NCBI GenBank assembly: GCA_050916045.1
Contig: CP051526.1
Coordinates: 608,001 to 672,000 of the forward strand
Source: Tepidisphaera sp.
GTDB lineage: Bacteria; Planctomycetota; Phycisphaerae; Phycisphaerales; UBA1924
Direction: 5' to 3'
DNA length: 64,000 bases
In this document: piece after piece, positions 10,081-19,982 of the stretch
Layout of the letters: each line of letters opens with the position of its first letter
Numbering within the stretch: the stretch's first letter is position 1
The notes under the pieces: model-generated
Told to the model about the DNA's origin: nothing
The model's database searches: none
What the model saw: the letters and a program-made list of their open reading frames with translations, nothing else
Translations under genes and position numbers: made by a program

Positions 10081-11772
10081 ATGGACCATGTCTTCGACGA
10101 CCGCCGCTACCTGATCCCCTTCCGCTCCACGCTGCTCCCGCAGATCTTCACGGACACCCTCGTCATCGGCGGGGGAGTCGCCGGGTGCCGAGCGGCGATC
10201 GCCGCCGCTTCCCACGGCGACTGCATCCTGCTCGCCAAAGCCGACCTCAAGAACACCAACACCGCCTGGGCCCAAGGCGGCGTCGCCGGCGTTCTCGAAG
10301 CCACCAAGGGCGACGACACCGTCGCCGCCCACGTCCAAGACACCCTCGTCGCCGGAGCCGGCCTCTGCGACCGCGACGCGGTCGAACTCATCTGCGCCGG
10401 AGCGGGCAAACGCCTCCGCGAGCTCATCGACTGGGGCACGCAGTTCGACAAGGACGCGACCGGCTCGCTCGCGATGGGCCTCGAAGGCGGACACTCCGCC
10501 CACCGAATCCTCCACGCGCACGGCGACGCCACCGGCCGCGAAATCCAGCGCGCCGTTCTCGCCAAAGCCAAAGCCACCGACAACCTCCGCGTCTTCGAGC
10601 ACTGCTTCGCGCTCGACCTCATCACGCCAAGCCGCGAGCCCGGTGCGCCCGTCATGGGCGCCATCACCCACCACCCCAAGTACGGCTTGCAGGTCATCTG
10701 GGCCAAAGCCACCATCCTCGCCTCCGGCGGCGCGGGCGTTGTCTATCGCGAAACCACCAATCCGCCCCAAGCCACCGCCGACGGCCTCGCGCTCGCCTAC
10801 CGCGCCGGAGCCACACTCGCCGACATGGCTTTCGTCCAGTTCCATCCCACCTGCCTCTACCTGCCCGGCGCCAGCCGCGCGCTCATCTCCGAAGCCGTCC
10901 GCGGCGAGGGAGCTTTCCTCGTCGACGCCGCCGGCATGCGTTTCATGAAGGACGCCCACCCCATGGGCGACCTCGCGCCGCGCGACATCGTCGCTTCCGC
11001 CATCGTCCGACAGATCGCCAAGCAGGGCGGAGCCCCCGTCCACCTCGACTGCCGGCACATCCCGAATTTCGCCGCTCGCTTCCCCGGCATCGCCGCGACA
11101 CTCAAGCGGTTCGACCTGGACCCCTCCAAGCAACTCATCCCCGTTCACCCCGCGGCCCACTACATGGTCGGCGGCGTGCGCACGGATCTCGCCGCTCGAA
11201 CGGACTCGCCGGGCCTGTACGCGGTGGGGGAGACGGCCGCCTGCGGCTTGCACGGCGCCAACCGCCTCGCTAGCAACTCGCTGCTCGAAGGTCTGGTCAT
11301 GGGCGAGATCGCCGGCCGCGTCTGCGCCGAGATGAAGGGCCACGCCGTCGACGCGCCCGCCGCCCGGCCGGGCTGGGCTGTGGGGATCCAGGCTCCCGTC
11401 CCGATCGTGTCGGACATCCGCCCCTCGGATCAGGGCGAGCTCGACCTCGCGGACGTGCGATCGAGCTTGCGGTCGGCGATGTGGAAGAACGTCGGCCTTG
11501 AGCGCACGGCCCCGCGGCTCCGCGATGTCGCGATCATGCTGGATTTCTGGGCCCGCTACACCCTCGACAAGATCTTCGACGATCCCGACGGCTGGGAGGT
11601 GCAGAACATGCTCCTGGTCGGCTCGGTCATGGCCCGTTCGGCTCTGTGGCGCGATGAGTCCCGCGGGTGTCATCTGCGGCTGGATCAGCCCGGCCAGCGA
11701 GCGGAGTTCGCCGTGCACGACGGCTGGCGCAAGGGCCGCCAAGAACCGACCCTCACCCCGGTGCGAACCTGA
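10081..11772 (+). CDS. nadB: L-aspartate oxidase
   Basis: GGGVAG FAD motif, WAQGG, EGGHSAHRILH, QFHPT, SEAVRGEG, LHGANRLASNSL, ESRGCH. Confidence 0.95.
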   Translation: MDHVFDDRRYLIPFRSTLLPQIFTDTLVIGGGVAGCRAAIAAASHGDCILLAKADLKNTNTAWAQGGVAGVLEATKGDDTVAAHVQDTLVAGAGLCDRDAVELICAGAGKRLRELIDWGTQFDKDATGSLAMGLEGGHSAHRILHAHGDATGREIQRAVLAKAKATDNLRVFEHCFALDLITPSREPGAPVMGAITHHPKYGLQVIWAKATILASGGAGVVYRETTNPPQATADGLALAYRAGATLADMAFVQFHPTCLYLPGASRALISEAVRGEGAFLVDAAGMRFMKDAHPMGDLAPRDIVASAIVRQIAKQGGAPVHLDCRHIPNFAARFPGIAATLKRFDLDPSKQLIPVHPAAHYMVGGVRTDLAARTDSPGLYAVGETAACGLHGANRLASNSLLEGLVMGEIAGRVCAEMKGHAVDAPAARPGWAVGIQAPVPIVSDIRPSDQGELDLADVRSSLRSAMWKNVGLERTAPRLRDVAIMLDFWARYTLDKIFDDPDGWEVQNMLLVGSVMARSALWRDESRGCHLRLDQPGQRAEFAVHDGWRKGRQEPTLTPVRT

Positions 11773-11776
11773 TTCC

Positions 11777-12349
11777 ATGCCACGCTGCCTGTCCATCCTG
11801 TGCCTCTCCGCCTGGATAGCCCTTTCCGGGTGCGTCGAGGAGCGGATCGTCCGCAACGACGGGCCGCTGATGGGGTTGCCCGACGCCGTGACGCAGGAAA
11901 AGCGAGTCGTCGAGGATCCGGGCATCCTGCTCCCTGCGGTGACCGACGACTCGACCATCGTCGAGAATCCCGACGGCACGAAGACAGCCCGGTCGACCAA
12001 CGTGCGCCAGCTCATCGCGAACATCGACAAATGCCTCGACGAGGACTGGGAGTCGGTCTTCGTCACCGACCTCCTCTCGACGCGGGCCAAGACCGACATG
12101 GCCGCGCAGGGGATGTCCCCTTCCGCCGGGTTTGCCCTGCTGAAATCCCACAAAGCCGACGTGATCAAGCTCTTCAACCTCATGCCGATGGGCGAGTTCA
12201 CTCCCGGGTTTTTCCTGCGGCCCGTCGGCAACCGCACGTTCCGGCTGCTCGTGCCCGGCCGCGGCGCGGATGATCTCGCCTTCCGCGGGATCGACGCGGT
12301 CTACGAACGCGGCAACTACCGCTTGTACTGGCTGGTCCCCCAGGAATAA
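11777..12349 (+). CDS. Hypothetical lipoprotein
   Basis: Signal peptide ending in LSGC; starts 4 nt after the nadB stop. Confidence 0.7.
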   Translation: MPRCLSILCLSAWIALSGCVEERIVRNDGPLMGLPDAVTQEKRVVEDPGILLPAVTDDSTIVENPDGTKTARSTNVRQLIANIDKCLDEDWESVFVTDLLSTRAKTDMAAQGMSPSAGFALLKSHKADVIKLFNLMPMGEFTPGFFLRPVGNRTFRLLVPGRGADDLAFRGIDAVYERGNYRLYWLVPQE

Positions 12350-12397
12350 GCCCACGCATCCCGTGCGTCGCGCAACCGTGCGCGGTACCATCCGCTC

Positions 12398-13306
12398 ATG
12401 CCCAAAGGCTTCGTGAAGGTCGTCGACACCCTCGCCGCGTTCGCGGTGCTCGGCCCGCTCACCGCGTGGCTCCTGACGACCCTGCGCGCGCCCGACGGCG
12501 ACCCCGCGACCACCCCTCTGACCTCCTCCGCACCCCTGATGGGAGCGGCGCTGCTCGTCGCCGCATTCCTGCTCACCGGCTTTGTCGGGGTGGTTTCCGG
12601 ACGCATGGTCACCCGCGGCCGAGGTCTGTGCATGGTCGGTTTCGGGCTCATGTGGACCACTTCGGTGACCGCCAACGCCCGCCAGCTCTTGGGCGATGCC
12701 GACGCCGCTTCCGCCCTGAACGGGCTGATTCTCGAAGCCGTCCTCCTCATCCCGCTCATCGCGCTCACGGGCCTGATCATCGAAGCCGTCTCCCCCGTTT
12801 CCGCCGAGGAACAGGGCCTCCACCACGGACCCTCGCTGCCTGCTCCCGGCCTTGCGGGCATCCGTGAGGGCTTCGTCCCCGGGCAATTCATCGCCTCCCT
12901 CGCCGCGGCCGTAGTCGCCGCCGGGGTCGTGGGGTGGATCGTCGCGATCAATACCACCAAAGGGCAAGCCATTTTCGCCGCATTTCTCGGCGGCATCGCG
13001 GCCGGCTTTGCCGCCAACGCTGCCGCCCGAAGCCAGCACAAAACTCCCAGCCTGCTCCCCTCTGTTCTGGCTCTCCCGGTGGTCGCGCTGCTCAGCGTGC
13101 TCTACCTCAAGTTCACGGCTTCCCAGACGATCATCCCCCAGACCAGGGCGGTGGCTTCCGAATCCATCAACCAGCTCTTCGCCCTTGGACGGATCCTACC
13201 GCTCGACTGGGCGGCGGGTGGCCTGTTCGGGGTGCCCATCGGCGCGTCCTGGGCCGCTTCGATGGTCGAAAAGCCGAAGGACTCCGGCGAGCTTTCGCCC
13301 GCTTGA
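12398..13306 (+). CDS. Multi-pass membrane protein of unknown function
   Basis: About 8 hydrophobic segments; TACCAT 6 nt before ATG. Confidence 0.75.
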   Translation: MPKGFVKVVDTLAAFAVLGPLTAWLLTTLRAPDGDPATTPLTSSAPLMGAALLVAAFLLTGFVGVVSGRMVTRGRGLCMVGFGLMWTTSVTANARQLLGDADAASALNGLILEAVLLIPLIALTGLIIEAVSPVSAEEQGLHHGPSLPAPGLAGIREGFVPGQFIASLAAAVVAAGVVGWIVAINTTKGQAIFAAFLGGIAAGFAANAAARSQHKTPSLLPSVLALPVVALLSVLYLKFTASQTIIPQTRAVASESINQLFALGRILPLDWAAGGLFGVPIGASWAASMVEKPKDSGELSPA

Positions 13307-13353
13307 GCATTGGAGCCGGGCTTCGCGTTCGTTAAACTAGCTCTGAGGTACCT

Positions 13354-13935
13354 ATGGCGACCGCTGAATCAACCTCCGCTCCGGCCTGTACGCACACCCC
13401 CAAGCCCGGGTGTGATGCGGCGACCGCCACGGCCAAGTTCCCCAAACTCGCGCCCCTGATCGCCTACCTCAGTTCCCTGCAGGGCCGAGCGGATCTTTCC
13501 GTGCTTTCCAACCTCCTGGCCGGCCTGAATCTGACCCTGGACGACCTCAAGCCCGCCCTCTGCTTTGGAAGCTGCTCGTACAAGCGCAACACCATCGCGG
13601 AATCCCCGCATTTTGAGCTTCTGGCGCTCTGCTGGCGTTCAGGGCACTGCACGCCGATCCACAACCACGTGGGCTCCTCGTGCGCGTTCCGAGTGGTGCA
13701 CGGCGCACCCACGGAAATCCGGTTCAAAATGACGCCAAGCGGCCTCGCGTGCCCGATCCAGACCACGCAGATGGAAGCCGGGTTTGTCTGCTCCGCCGAG
13801 GACGACGACATCCACCAGGTCGCCAACCTCGAGCCGCCGGGAACCGACGCGGTCACGCTGCACATCTACTCGCCGCCCCCGGCCCAGTGGAAGACCTTTA
13901 ACGGTCCCGTTTCCGACGGCCCGGACCGCACCTGA
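13354..13935 (+). CDS. Cysteine dioxygenase family (cupin) protein
   Basis: YKRN, TPIHNH, IHQVAN and TLHIYSPP match the 3-His thiol dioxygenase pattern. Confidence 0.88.
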   Translation: MATAESTSAPACTHTPKPGCDAATATAKFPKLAPLIAYLSSLQGRADLSVLSNLLAGLNLTLDDLKPALCFGSCSYKRNTIAESPHFELLALCWRSGHCTPIHNHVGSSCAFRVVHGAPTEIRFKMTPSGLACPIQTTQMEAGFVCSAEDDDIHQVANLEPPGTDAVTLHIYSPPPAQWKTFNGPVSDGPDRT

Positions 13936-14353
13936 GGCGGCCACTTTCCCCCCTGCGAAGCCCTGAAACAGCCTGGACGGGTCCCGTGGCGTAAACCCCG
14001 CGAGATTCCCCGGTTATCGCGTGGGTCCCTAACGGGAGTGGGGACCCGATTGCGCGGATTTTGCGCCTTTGTGCGGATTGTGACGGTCCGAGGGTCTGAA
14101 CGGGGAAATTCGGTTATAGGTCGTGAAGATGGGAAAAAAGGGGCCCAAGGACGGTCGAAAAGCCGTTCGAAACCCTTCCATGCCCCGAGTATCGGCGACC
14201 GTCACAGACGGAAAAACCGAAATTCTCAGCATCTTTTGTCCTTTTGGTTGGCATTTTCCAGATCCTGAGGCATGTTGTGAGAGGTCAGGAACGAGTCGTT
14301 CGTTTCGTGTCACAAGGTTTCGGGTCATCCAACAGAAGTGTGAGGAGATCGTT

Positions 14354-15040
14354 ATGAAGAATGTGATCATGGGTCTTGTCGGTGTGGCTGGTATCGCGGC
14401 TGGCGCCAACGCGCAGGTTTCGCTGAACCTCGAAGTCAAGTTCTCCACCGACGGCGGCACCACGTGGGCCTCGACGGTCGACGCGAACGCTGGCTCGGTC
14501 GTCCAGGGCGCGATCTTCATGTCCGCCACCGGCGGCGATGTGTGGGGCCTCGGTGGCGCCACCCTCCGCATGAACGGCACGGGCCTCATCGCCGGTGAAT
14601 CGGCCGCCTTCGGCGCCGGCACCGACACGGGTCGCGTCGGTCCCTTCAACTTCGGTGCGGCCACGAACGCGATCTTCGCTTCCGCCGGTGCGTTCCGCAT
14701 CGACGCCGCCTCCGACGCCGCCAACAGCAGCACGGGCGCTGGTATGACCTTCTTCCAGCGTGACCCCTCGTCCGGTGGCCAGGGCTTCAGCCGCGCCAAC
14801 CCGGCCCTCGTCTTCCGCTTCGACATCCAGACGGCTGTCGGCGCCGACCACGCGATCACGATCGCCCTCGATCAGCTGAGCCGCGGCGTCGCGACCTACT
14901 ACAGCTCCTCCGGCGCGACCCGCCCGACGAGCGTCGCTGCCAACCTCGCCGGTGGCACGATCAACGTCGTCCCGACCCCCGCCACGCTGGCCCTCGTCGG
15001 CCTCGGTGGTCTGGTGGCCGGCCGCCGCCGCGGTCGCTAA
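14354..15040 (+). CDS. PEP-CTERM-like (VPTP) exosortase substrate, paralog 1
   Basis: GAGGAG RBS; signal peptide ending ANA; C-terminus VPTPATLALVGLGGLVAGRRRGR (motif, TM helix, basic tail). Confidence 0.88.
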   Translation: MKNVIMGLVGVAGIAAGANAQVSLNLEVKFSTDGGTTWASTVDANAGSVVQGAIFMSATGGDVWGLGGATLRMNGTGLIAGESAAFGAGTDTGRVGPFNFGAATNAIFASAGAFRIDAASDAANSSTGAGMTFFQRDPSSGGQGFSRANPALVFRFDIQTAVGADHAITIALDQLSRGVATYYSSSGATRPTSVAANLAGGTINVVPTPATLALVGLGGLVAGRRRGR

Positions 15041-15132
15041 ATCTCTCTGACCCGCAAGGGATCAGAAGATTGGCGGACCAAAGTCAAAAACCCGATCGGC
15101 CCCACGGCTGATCTGGATGACTGCCAAGAAAC

Positions 15133-15175
15133 CAACCTCCCGTCGGCCTCACGCCGGCGGGAGGTTGTGTTTTTC
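15133..15175 (+). terminator. Intrinsic terminator between the two PEP-CTERM-like genes
   Basis: Stem CAACCTCCCGTCGGC/GCCGGCGGGAGGTTG followed by TGTTTTT. Confidence 0.8.
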
Positions 15176-15327
15176 AGAGAACGGGCTCGGTGCGGGTTAC
15201 CGGCGTTTGCGGCCGCTGGCGACCGGTCCATGCGAACCACCGGGTGGCCCCGGGGTGCTCTGCCTCACGCCGGTTCTTTCAGGCAGAGAGCACACTGGTT
15301 ATCCTCCAGAAGCCGAAAGGAAGCAGC

Positions 15328-16011
15328 ATGCGTCTTTGCTCTCTCGCGTTCGTCTCAGCGTTCTCGTTGGCGTCGATCGCCACCGCAGAGATCCGTCTCG
15401 AGGTCAGATTCACCAGTGACGGCGGAGCAACCTGGGTAAGCGATGTCGACGGCTTTCGCTTTCGTACGCAAGGCGCGATCTTTATGTCGGGCTTCGGGCT
15501 CGACGCATGGGGATTGGGAGGAGCGACGCTTCGTCTGCGCGCGACGGGGCTCGCAGCGACAGATTCGATTGTGTTCGCCGAAGGCACCAGCACCGGTCGT
15601 GTCGGACCGTTCAATTTCGGAGCGGCGACCAACGCGATCTATCAGGACGGTTCGGGAAGCTGGCGCATCGACGCCGCTTCCGACGCCTCGAACACCAATG
15701 ACTCCGCGGGTTTGACGTTCTTCCAGCGCGACCCCTCTTCGGCGGGCAGCGTGTTCAGTCGCGACAATCCCGTGATGGTCTTTCGGTTCGACGTCCTCGC
15801 ATCCGATTCCTTTGCGAGGTCGCTTCGCTTCGAACTGGATCAGCTTTCGAGAGGCGTCGCGACGTATTACTCATCCTCGTCGGCGACGCGACCGACGCAA
15901 ACGAGCGACGTCTTGCTCGCGGGTGGGGGGATCCACTTCGGTGTTCCGAGTCCCGGCTCATTCGCGGCGCTCCTGCCGGGTTTGGTGATCATGTTCTCGC
16001 GTCGTCGCTGA
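15328..16011 (+). CDS. PEP-CTERM-like (VPSP) exosortase substrate, paralog 2
   Basis: Signal peptide; long peptides shared with paralog 1; C-terminus VPSPGSFAALLPGLVIMFSRRR. Confidence 0.85.
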   Translation: MRLCSLAFVSAFSLASIATAEIRLEVRFTSDGGATWVSDVDGFRFRTQGAIFMSGFGLDAWGLGGATLRLRATGLAATDSIVFAEGTSTGRVGPFNFGAATNAIYQDGSGSWRIDAASDASNTNDSAGLTFFQRDPSSAGSVFSRDNPVMVFRFDVLASDSFARSLRFELDQLSRGVATYYSSSSATRPTQTSDVLLAGGGIHFGVPSPGSFAALLPGLVIMFSRRR

Positions 16012-16143
16012 CCGCAGCTCATTCCGCGAGGGGCCCGCGAGCAACTTCCTTCGGGCCTGCAAGTGTCGAAACCGTGTTGCCCGTGGCGATCGCGAAGCCC
16101 GAGCATCGCGTCGCGGAGATCCACGAGCGGCAGCGAAAAGTGC

Positions 16144-16677
16144 TTAGCCCGCGTCAAGGGCAGCGGATCGGACGAAATCGGAGACGGTTCGGAATCCGGC
16201 TCGCGATGCGGCTGACTCGAGGGCGAGCCGCTCTTCAATGGTCAGGCGGATGTTGACCTGTTGGTCGCGTTTGCCTTCCTTGGCCGTGCGCGGCGGCGTT
16301 TCGCCGGCTTCGAGCATGGTCGCGATCCCCGCGACGGCGGCTTCGAGGACCGCTTTCGCGCAGGACGCGATGTCGGGACCGTCGCCCATGGCCATCGGAA
16401 GTTCGAGCGTGCGGCCGAAGTAGCCAACCTCGGAATCAGGAGTCAGGACCAACTGATATTGGGATGCGAGTTCTCGAGCGAGATCGAGGATCCCGCGTGG
16501 GAAAGGGGTCTTCGCCACGGCTGGCTTTCCGCTCCTGGCGACCTTCGAGGCGTGTTCGGATTTGCGGATGGTCGGCGTCAGCGGCTCAGCCGCGATCACC
16601 CTCGGCGACGATGAGTTCTTCGCCCGCTTTGGCGAGGACTTGGTGCGAGCCCGAGAGGTGTTTGCGCGTCCAGCCAT
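16144..16677 (-). CDS. HicB-like protein with C-terminal ribbon-helix-helix domain
   Basis: GYFGRTLELP..GDG..LEAGETPP (HicB-like), then VNIRLT..LESAA..VSDFVRSAA (RHH); start uncertain. Confidence 0.7.
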   Translation of the reverse strand: MAGRANTSRARTKSSPKRAKNSSSPRVIAAEPLTPTIRKSEHASKVARSGKPAVAKTPFPRGILDLARELASQYQLVLTPDSEVGYFGRTLELPMAMGDGPDIASCAKAVLEAAVAGIATMLEAGETPPRTAKEGKRDQQVNIRLTIEERLALESAASRAGFRTVSDFVRSAALDAG

Positions 16678-16758
16678 GGAAATCAGCATGCGGCACCGGC
16701 GCGGCGTCAATTCAAGGCGCTCTGGGTCAGGAGACGAGCGACTGACGAAGAGAAGGTC

Positions 16759-17892
16759 TCATATCGAGCGACGGGCCGCGACGATGTCCGTCAGCACGTC
16801 CGCCTGGTGGTCGGCGTGGTAGCTGCTTCGGACGAGCGGGCCGCTTTCGACGACCTTGAATCCGCGAGCCAGAGCTTCGGTCTTGTAGCCGGCGAACTGG
16901 TCCGGCGTGACCCAGCGCTCGATGGGGAGGTGGTTGCGGGTGGGCTGGAGGTACTGACCGATCGTGAGGATGTCGCAGGCTTCACCGGTCGCGGGGCCGG
17001 TGGTGGCCCGTGTGCCGCTGAGGACATCGTCGAGCAGGTCGAGGACTTCATCGTCGCGTTCGCCGATGCCGACCATGATGCCGGTCTTGGCGACGCCGCC
17101 CTGTTCCTTGACGCGGCGGAGGAGCTCGAGTGAGCGGTCGAACTTGGCCGACGGCCGGACGGCGGGGTACATGCGGCGGACGGTCTCGAGGTTGTGGTTG
17201 ATGATGTGGGGAGCGGCGTCGATGACCATCTGGAGCGCGGCCCAATCGCCCATGAAGTCCGGGATGAGGACCTCGATGGACATGCCCGGGCAGGCTTCCT
17301 TGGAGCGGATGATGGTCTCGGCCCAGATGCCGGCGCCGCCGTCCTTGAGCTCATCGCGGTTGACGCTGGTGATGACGATGTGCTTGAGCTTGGCGTGCTC
17401 GTACATCAAGCGGAGGGATTCGGCGACGCGGCGGGGCTCATCCTTGTCGAGGGTGGGGGGGCGGCCGGATTTGACGTTGCAGAAGCCGCAGGAGCGGGTG
17501 CAGGTGTCGCCGAGGATCATGATGGTGGCGACGCCGCGCGACCAGCATTCGCCCATGTTGGGGCACGAAGCTTCCTCGCAGACGGTGTGAAGCTTGTACT
17601 GATCCATGATCCCCTTGAGGCGGAGGTAGCCCTCGCCGCCGGGGACGCGGGCGCGTAGCCAGTCGGGCTTCTTTTTGAGCGATAGGTGCTGCTGGCCGTC
17701 CTGGTTGTTGAGGACCATGGAGGACAAGCTCAGCTTGGGGGCCGGCATCGTGCGGAGGGGGTCGCCGCCGAGGGGCTTGGGGTGCCTTGAAAGGGTCCTG
17801 GCGATCGCGTCCGGGTGGGCACCCGAGGGGTGGGGTTCCTGGGGCTGGATCTGCGGGCTTGAAGGAGGGGTGGTCGCCCCGGGGGAGTCCAT
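16759..17892 (-). CDS. lipA: Lipoyl synthase
   Basis: [27 protein letters not shown]. Confidence 0.97.
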   Translation of the reverse strand: MDSPGATTPPSSPQIQPQEPHPSGAHPDAIARTLSRHPKPLGGDPLRTMPAPKLSLSSMVLNNQDGQQHLSLKKKPDWLRARVPGGEGYLRLKGIMDQYKLHTVCEEASCPNMGECWSRGVATIMILGDTCTRSCGFCNVKSGRPPTLDKDEPRRVAESLRLMYEHAKLKHIVITSVNRDELKDGGAGIWAETIIRSKEACPGMSIEVLIPDFMGDWAALQMVIDAAPHIINHNLETVRRMYPAVRPSAKFDRSLELLRRVKEQGGVAKTGIMVGIGERDDEVLDLLDDVLSGTRATTGPATGEACDILTIGQYLQPTRNHLPIERWVTPDQFAGYKTEALARGFKVVESGPLVRSSYHADHQADVLTDIVAARRSI

Positions 17893-18104
17893 ATGGAAGG
17901 GTAGGTGGGGCGGTCGGGTTTTCCCGTCCGAACCGGCGGCAAAGTCGGGGCGTACCCGGGAGCCGACACCGGCGGGCAGACCGGCGAAACCCCCTCGGGT
18001 GACCGAGCGGGGGTGGGTTCTGGTTTGCTAGGATAGCGAAGACCGATAAACGGGTGGTCAGGACGACCTGCCCGTACGCCCCCACCAAGACCTCGCGCTG
18101 CGCG

Positions 18105-19682
18105 ATGGTCAAGGAGATCGAAGTGCCGCACCCCGTTCCCACTCGCGACGTCCGCGCCACCACGACGCTCATCCTCTCCGCCGGGATGGCGGCATTGCTC
18201 GGGGGGTGCACGTCGCTCGACTCCTATCTTGATCCGAGCGTCGTGGGCCGCTGGGAGTACACGCCGACGACGGTGCCCGTGCTCAGCCACATCAGCTCGA
18301 TCGAGGACCGTCCGCAGGACCTGGTCGAGTTCAGCAAGGTCAGTTCCGAGGACCTGCTCCCGAATCCGTCGGACTACCGGATCGGTCCGGGCGACCGCTT
18401 GCAGGTCAAGCTTTACGACGTCATCTCGCAGGCGGAGGTCACGACGTACGAGCGGACCGTTGACATCCGCGGGCTGATCGACATCCCGCAGCTCGGCCGG
18501 TTCTACGTGAACGGCCGCAACGTGCCGCAGGTGAAAGCGATGATCGCCGAGCAGGCCAAGCAGCTCGTCGCCGATCCGACGATCGAACTGGACATCATCG
18601 AAACACGCCAGCAGACCTACAGCATCGTCGGCGGGATCGATCGCCCCGGGACGTACATCATCCCCGGGCCGGACTTCCGCATTCTCGCGGCGATCACCAG
18701 CGGCGGCCGCTTGGATTCGACGGCCAAGGACATCTACATCATCCGGTTGGTCCCGCTGGATCCGGCTTTGGACGATCCTTCGGGTGCCCCGCCGGCCGAT
18801 GCGGTGGTTCCCGGGGCGAACCCCGCCAATCCGTCGGGCACTTCGCCCGGCAAGACTGGCAACGACCTCCTGAACGAGATCGACTCCATCAGCGGCGAGA
18901 AGAAGAACGGCAACTCGCCGAGCCCGGCGGTGATCCGCGGCGCAGGCCAGCGTCAGCCCGGCGCGGGTCGCGAGCCTGTGATCGACCTGACCGATCCCGC
19001 GCCCAACGCCAAGCCGACGGCCGCCGCTCAGCCCAAAGCCGCTTCAAACGGTGCCAGCGCTCCGTGGATTTTCATCGATGGCAAGTGGCAACTCGCTCCC
19101 AAGAGCGCGTCGGGCTCCGACGCGGGCATGACGCTCCCCGGTGAGAACCGCCAGCCCCGCGAGATCGTGACGCAGCGCGTCATCCGCATCCCGCGCGATC
19201 GCCTCGAAGCCGGCGACAGCACGTACAACGTCATCATCCGCCCCGGCGACGTCATCCGCGTCCCCGAAGCGACGCAGGGCGTGTTCTACGTCGGTGGCCA
19301 GGTGCGCCGTGCCGGTTCGTACAACATTCCGCCCGAGGGCCGCATGACCATCCGCCGCGCCATCGACGCCGCCGGCGGGCTCGACGCCCTCGCGTGGCCC
19401 GAACGCGCCGAACTGGTGCGTGCGCTCGGCGAGGGCCGCCAGGCGATCGTGAGCTTCAACCTCCGGGCGATCTTCTCGGGTCACCAGCCGGACATCTATG
19501 TGAAGCCCGACGACCAGATCAACATCGGCACCAGCTTCTGGGCGACCCCGCTTGCGGTTATCCGCAACGGGTTCCGGGCGAGCTACGGATTCGGGTTCCT
19601 TTTGGATCGGAACTTCGGCAACGAGGTCTTCGGCCTACCGCCCGAGTACAAGACGCGGTCTCGGGACCCCATCAACTTCTGA
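18105..19682 (+). CDS. Polysaccharide export lipoprotein (Wza/OPX-like, Poly_export + SLBB)
   Basis: Lipobox LGGC; DYRIGPGDRL, GLIDIPQLG; SLBB-like segments VGGQVRRAGSY and IYVKPDDQI. Confidence 0.85.
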   Translation: MVKEIEVPHPVPTRDVRATTTLILSAGMAALLGGCTSLDSYLDPSVVGRWEYTPTTVPVLSHISSIEDRPQDLVEFSKVSSEDLLPNPSDYRIGPGDRLQVKLYDVISQAEVTTYERTVDIRGLIDIPQLGRFYVNGRNVPQVKAMIAEQAKQLVADPTIELDIIETRQQTYSIVGGIDRPGTYIIPGPDFRILAAITSGGRLDSTAKDIYIIRLVPLDPALDDPSGAPPADAVVPGANPANPSGTSPGKTGNDLLNEIDSISGEKKNGNSPSPAVIRGAGQRQPGAGREPVIDLTDPAPNAKPTAAAQPKAASNGASAPWIFIDGKWQLAPKSASGSDAGMTLPGENRQPREIVTQRVIRIPRDRLEAGDSTYNVIIRPGDVIRVPEATQGVFYVGGQVRRAGSYNIPPEGRMTIRRAIDAAGGLDALAWPERAELVRALGEGRQAIVSFNLRAIFSGHQPDIYVKPDDQINIGTSFWATPLAVIRNGFRASYGFGFLLDRNFGNEVFGLPPEYKTRSRDPINF

Positions 19683-19982
19683 TCGCCGGGTTGAGGGTTT
19701 TGGCGTGGCGATCGGGGTATTCGCGGGATTGGCGGGTTGGTTATGGGGTTGGGGAGAAGGCCTCGGGGTGGCGGCGGCCTTGGAGGGGTCGTGTTCTATG
19801 ACGGAGGTTCGCGCCGGACCGATGGAATCGTCTGGTCCGGACGATGAATGGTGCTCGCGTCACCCGGTGTGCGAACCGGCCATGGCGCGGCGAACGTAGG
19901 AGGTACCGGTCCGCTCGGCGCAAAAACCGCGCCGAGGGCCGGTTGGCGGTGTGGACTGGGAGCAGGATCAGACGTGAGCACG

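Noticed and set aside
14248..14265. Possible sigma54 promoter (TTGGCA...) upstream of the PEP-CTERM-like gene
   Set aside because: The -24 GG is present but the -12 position reads GA rather than GC, so the match is insufficient.
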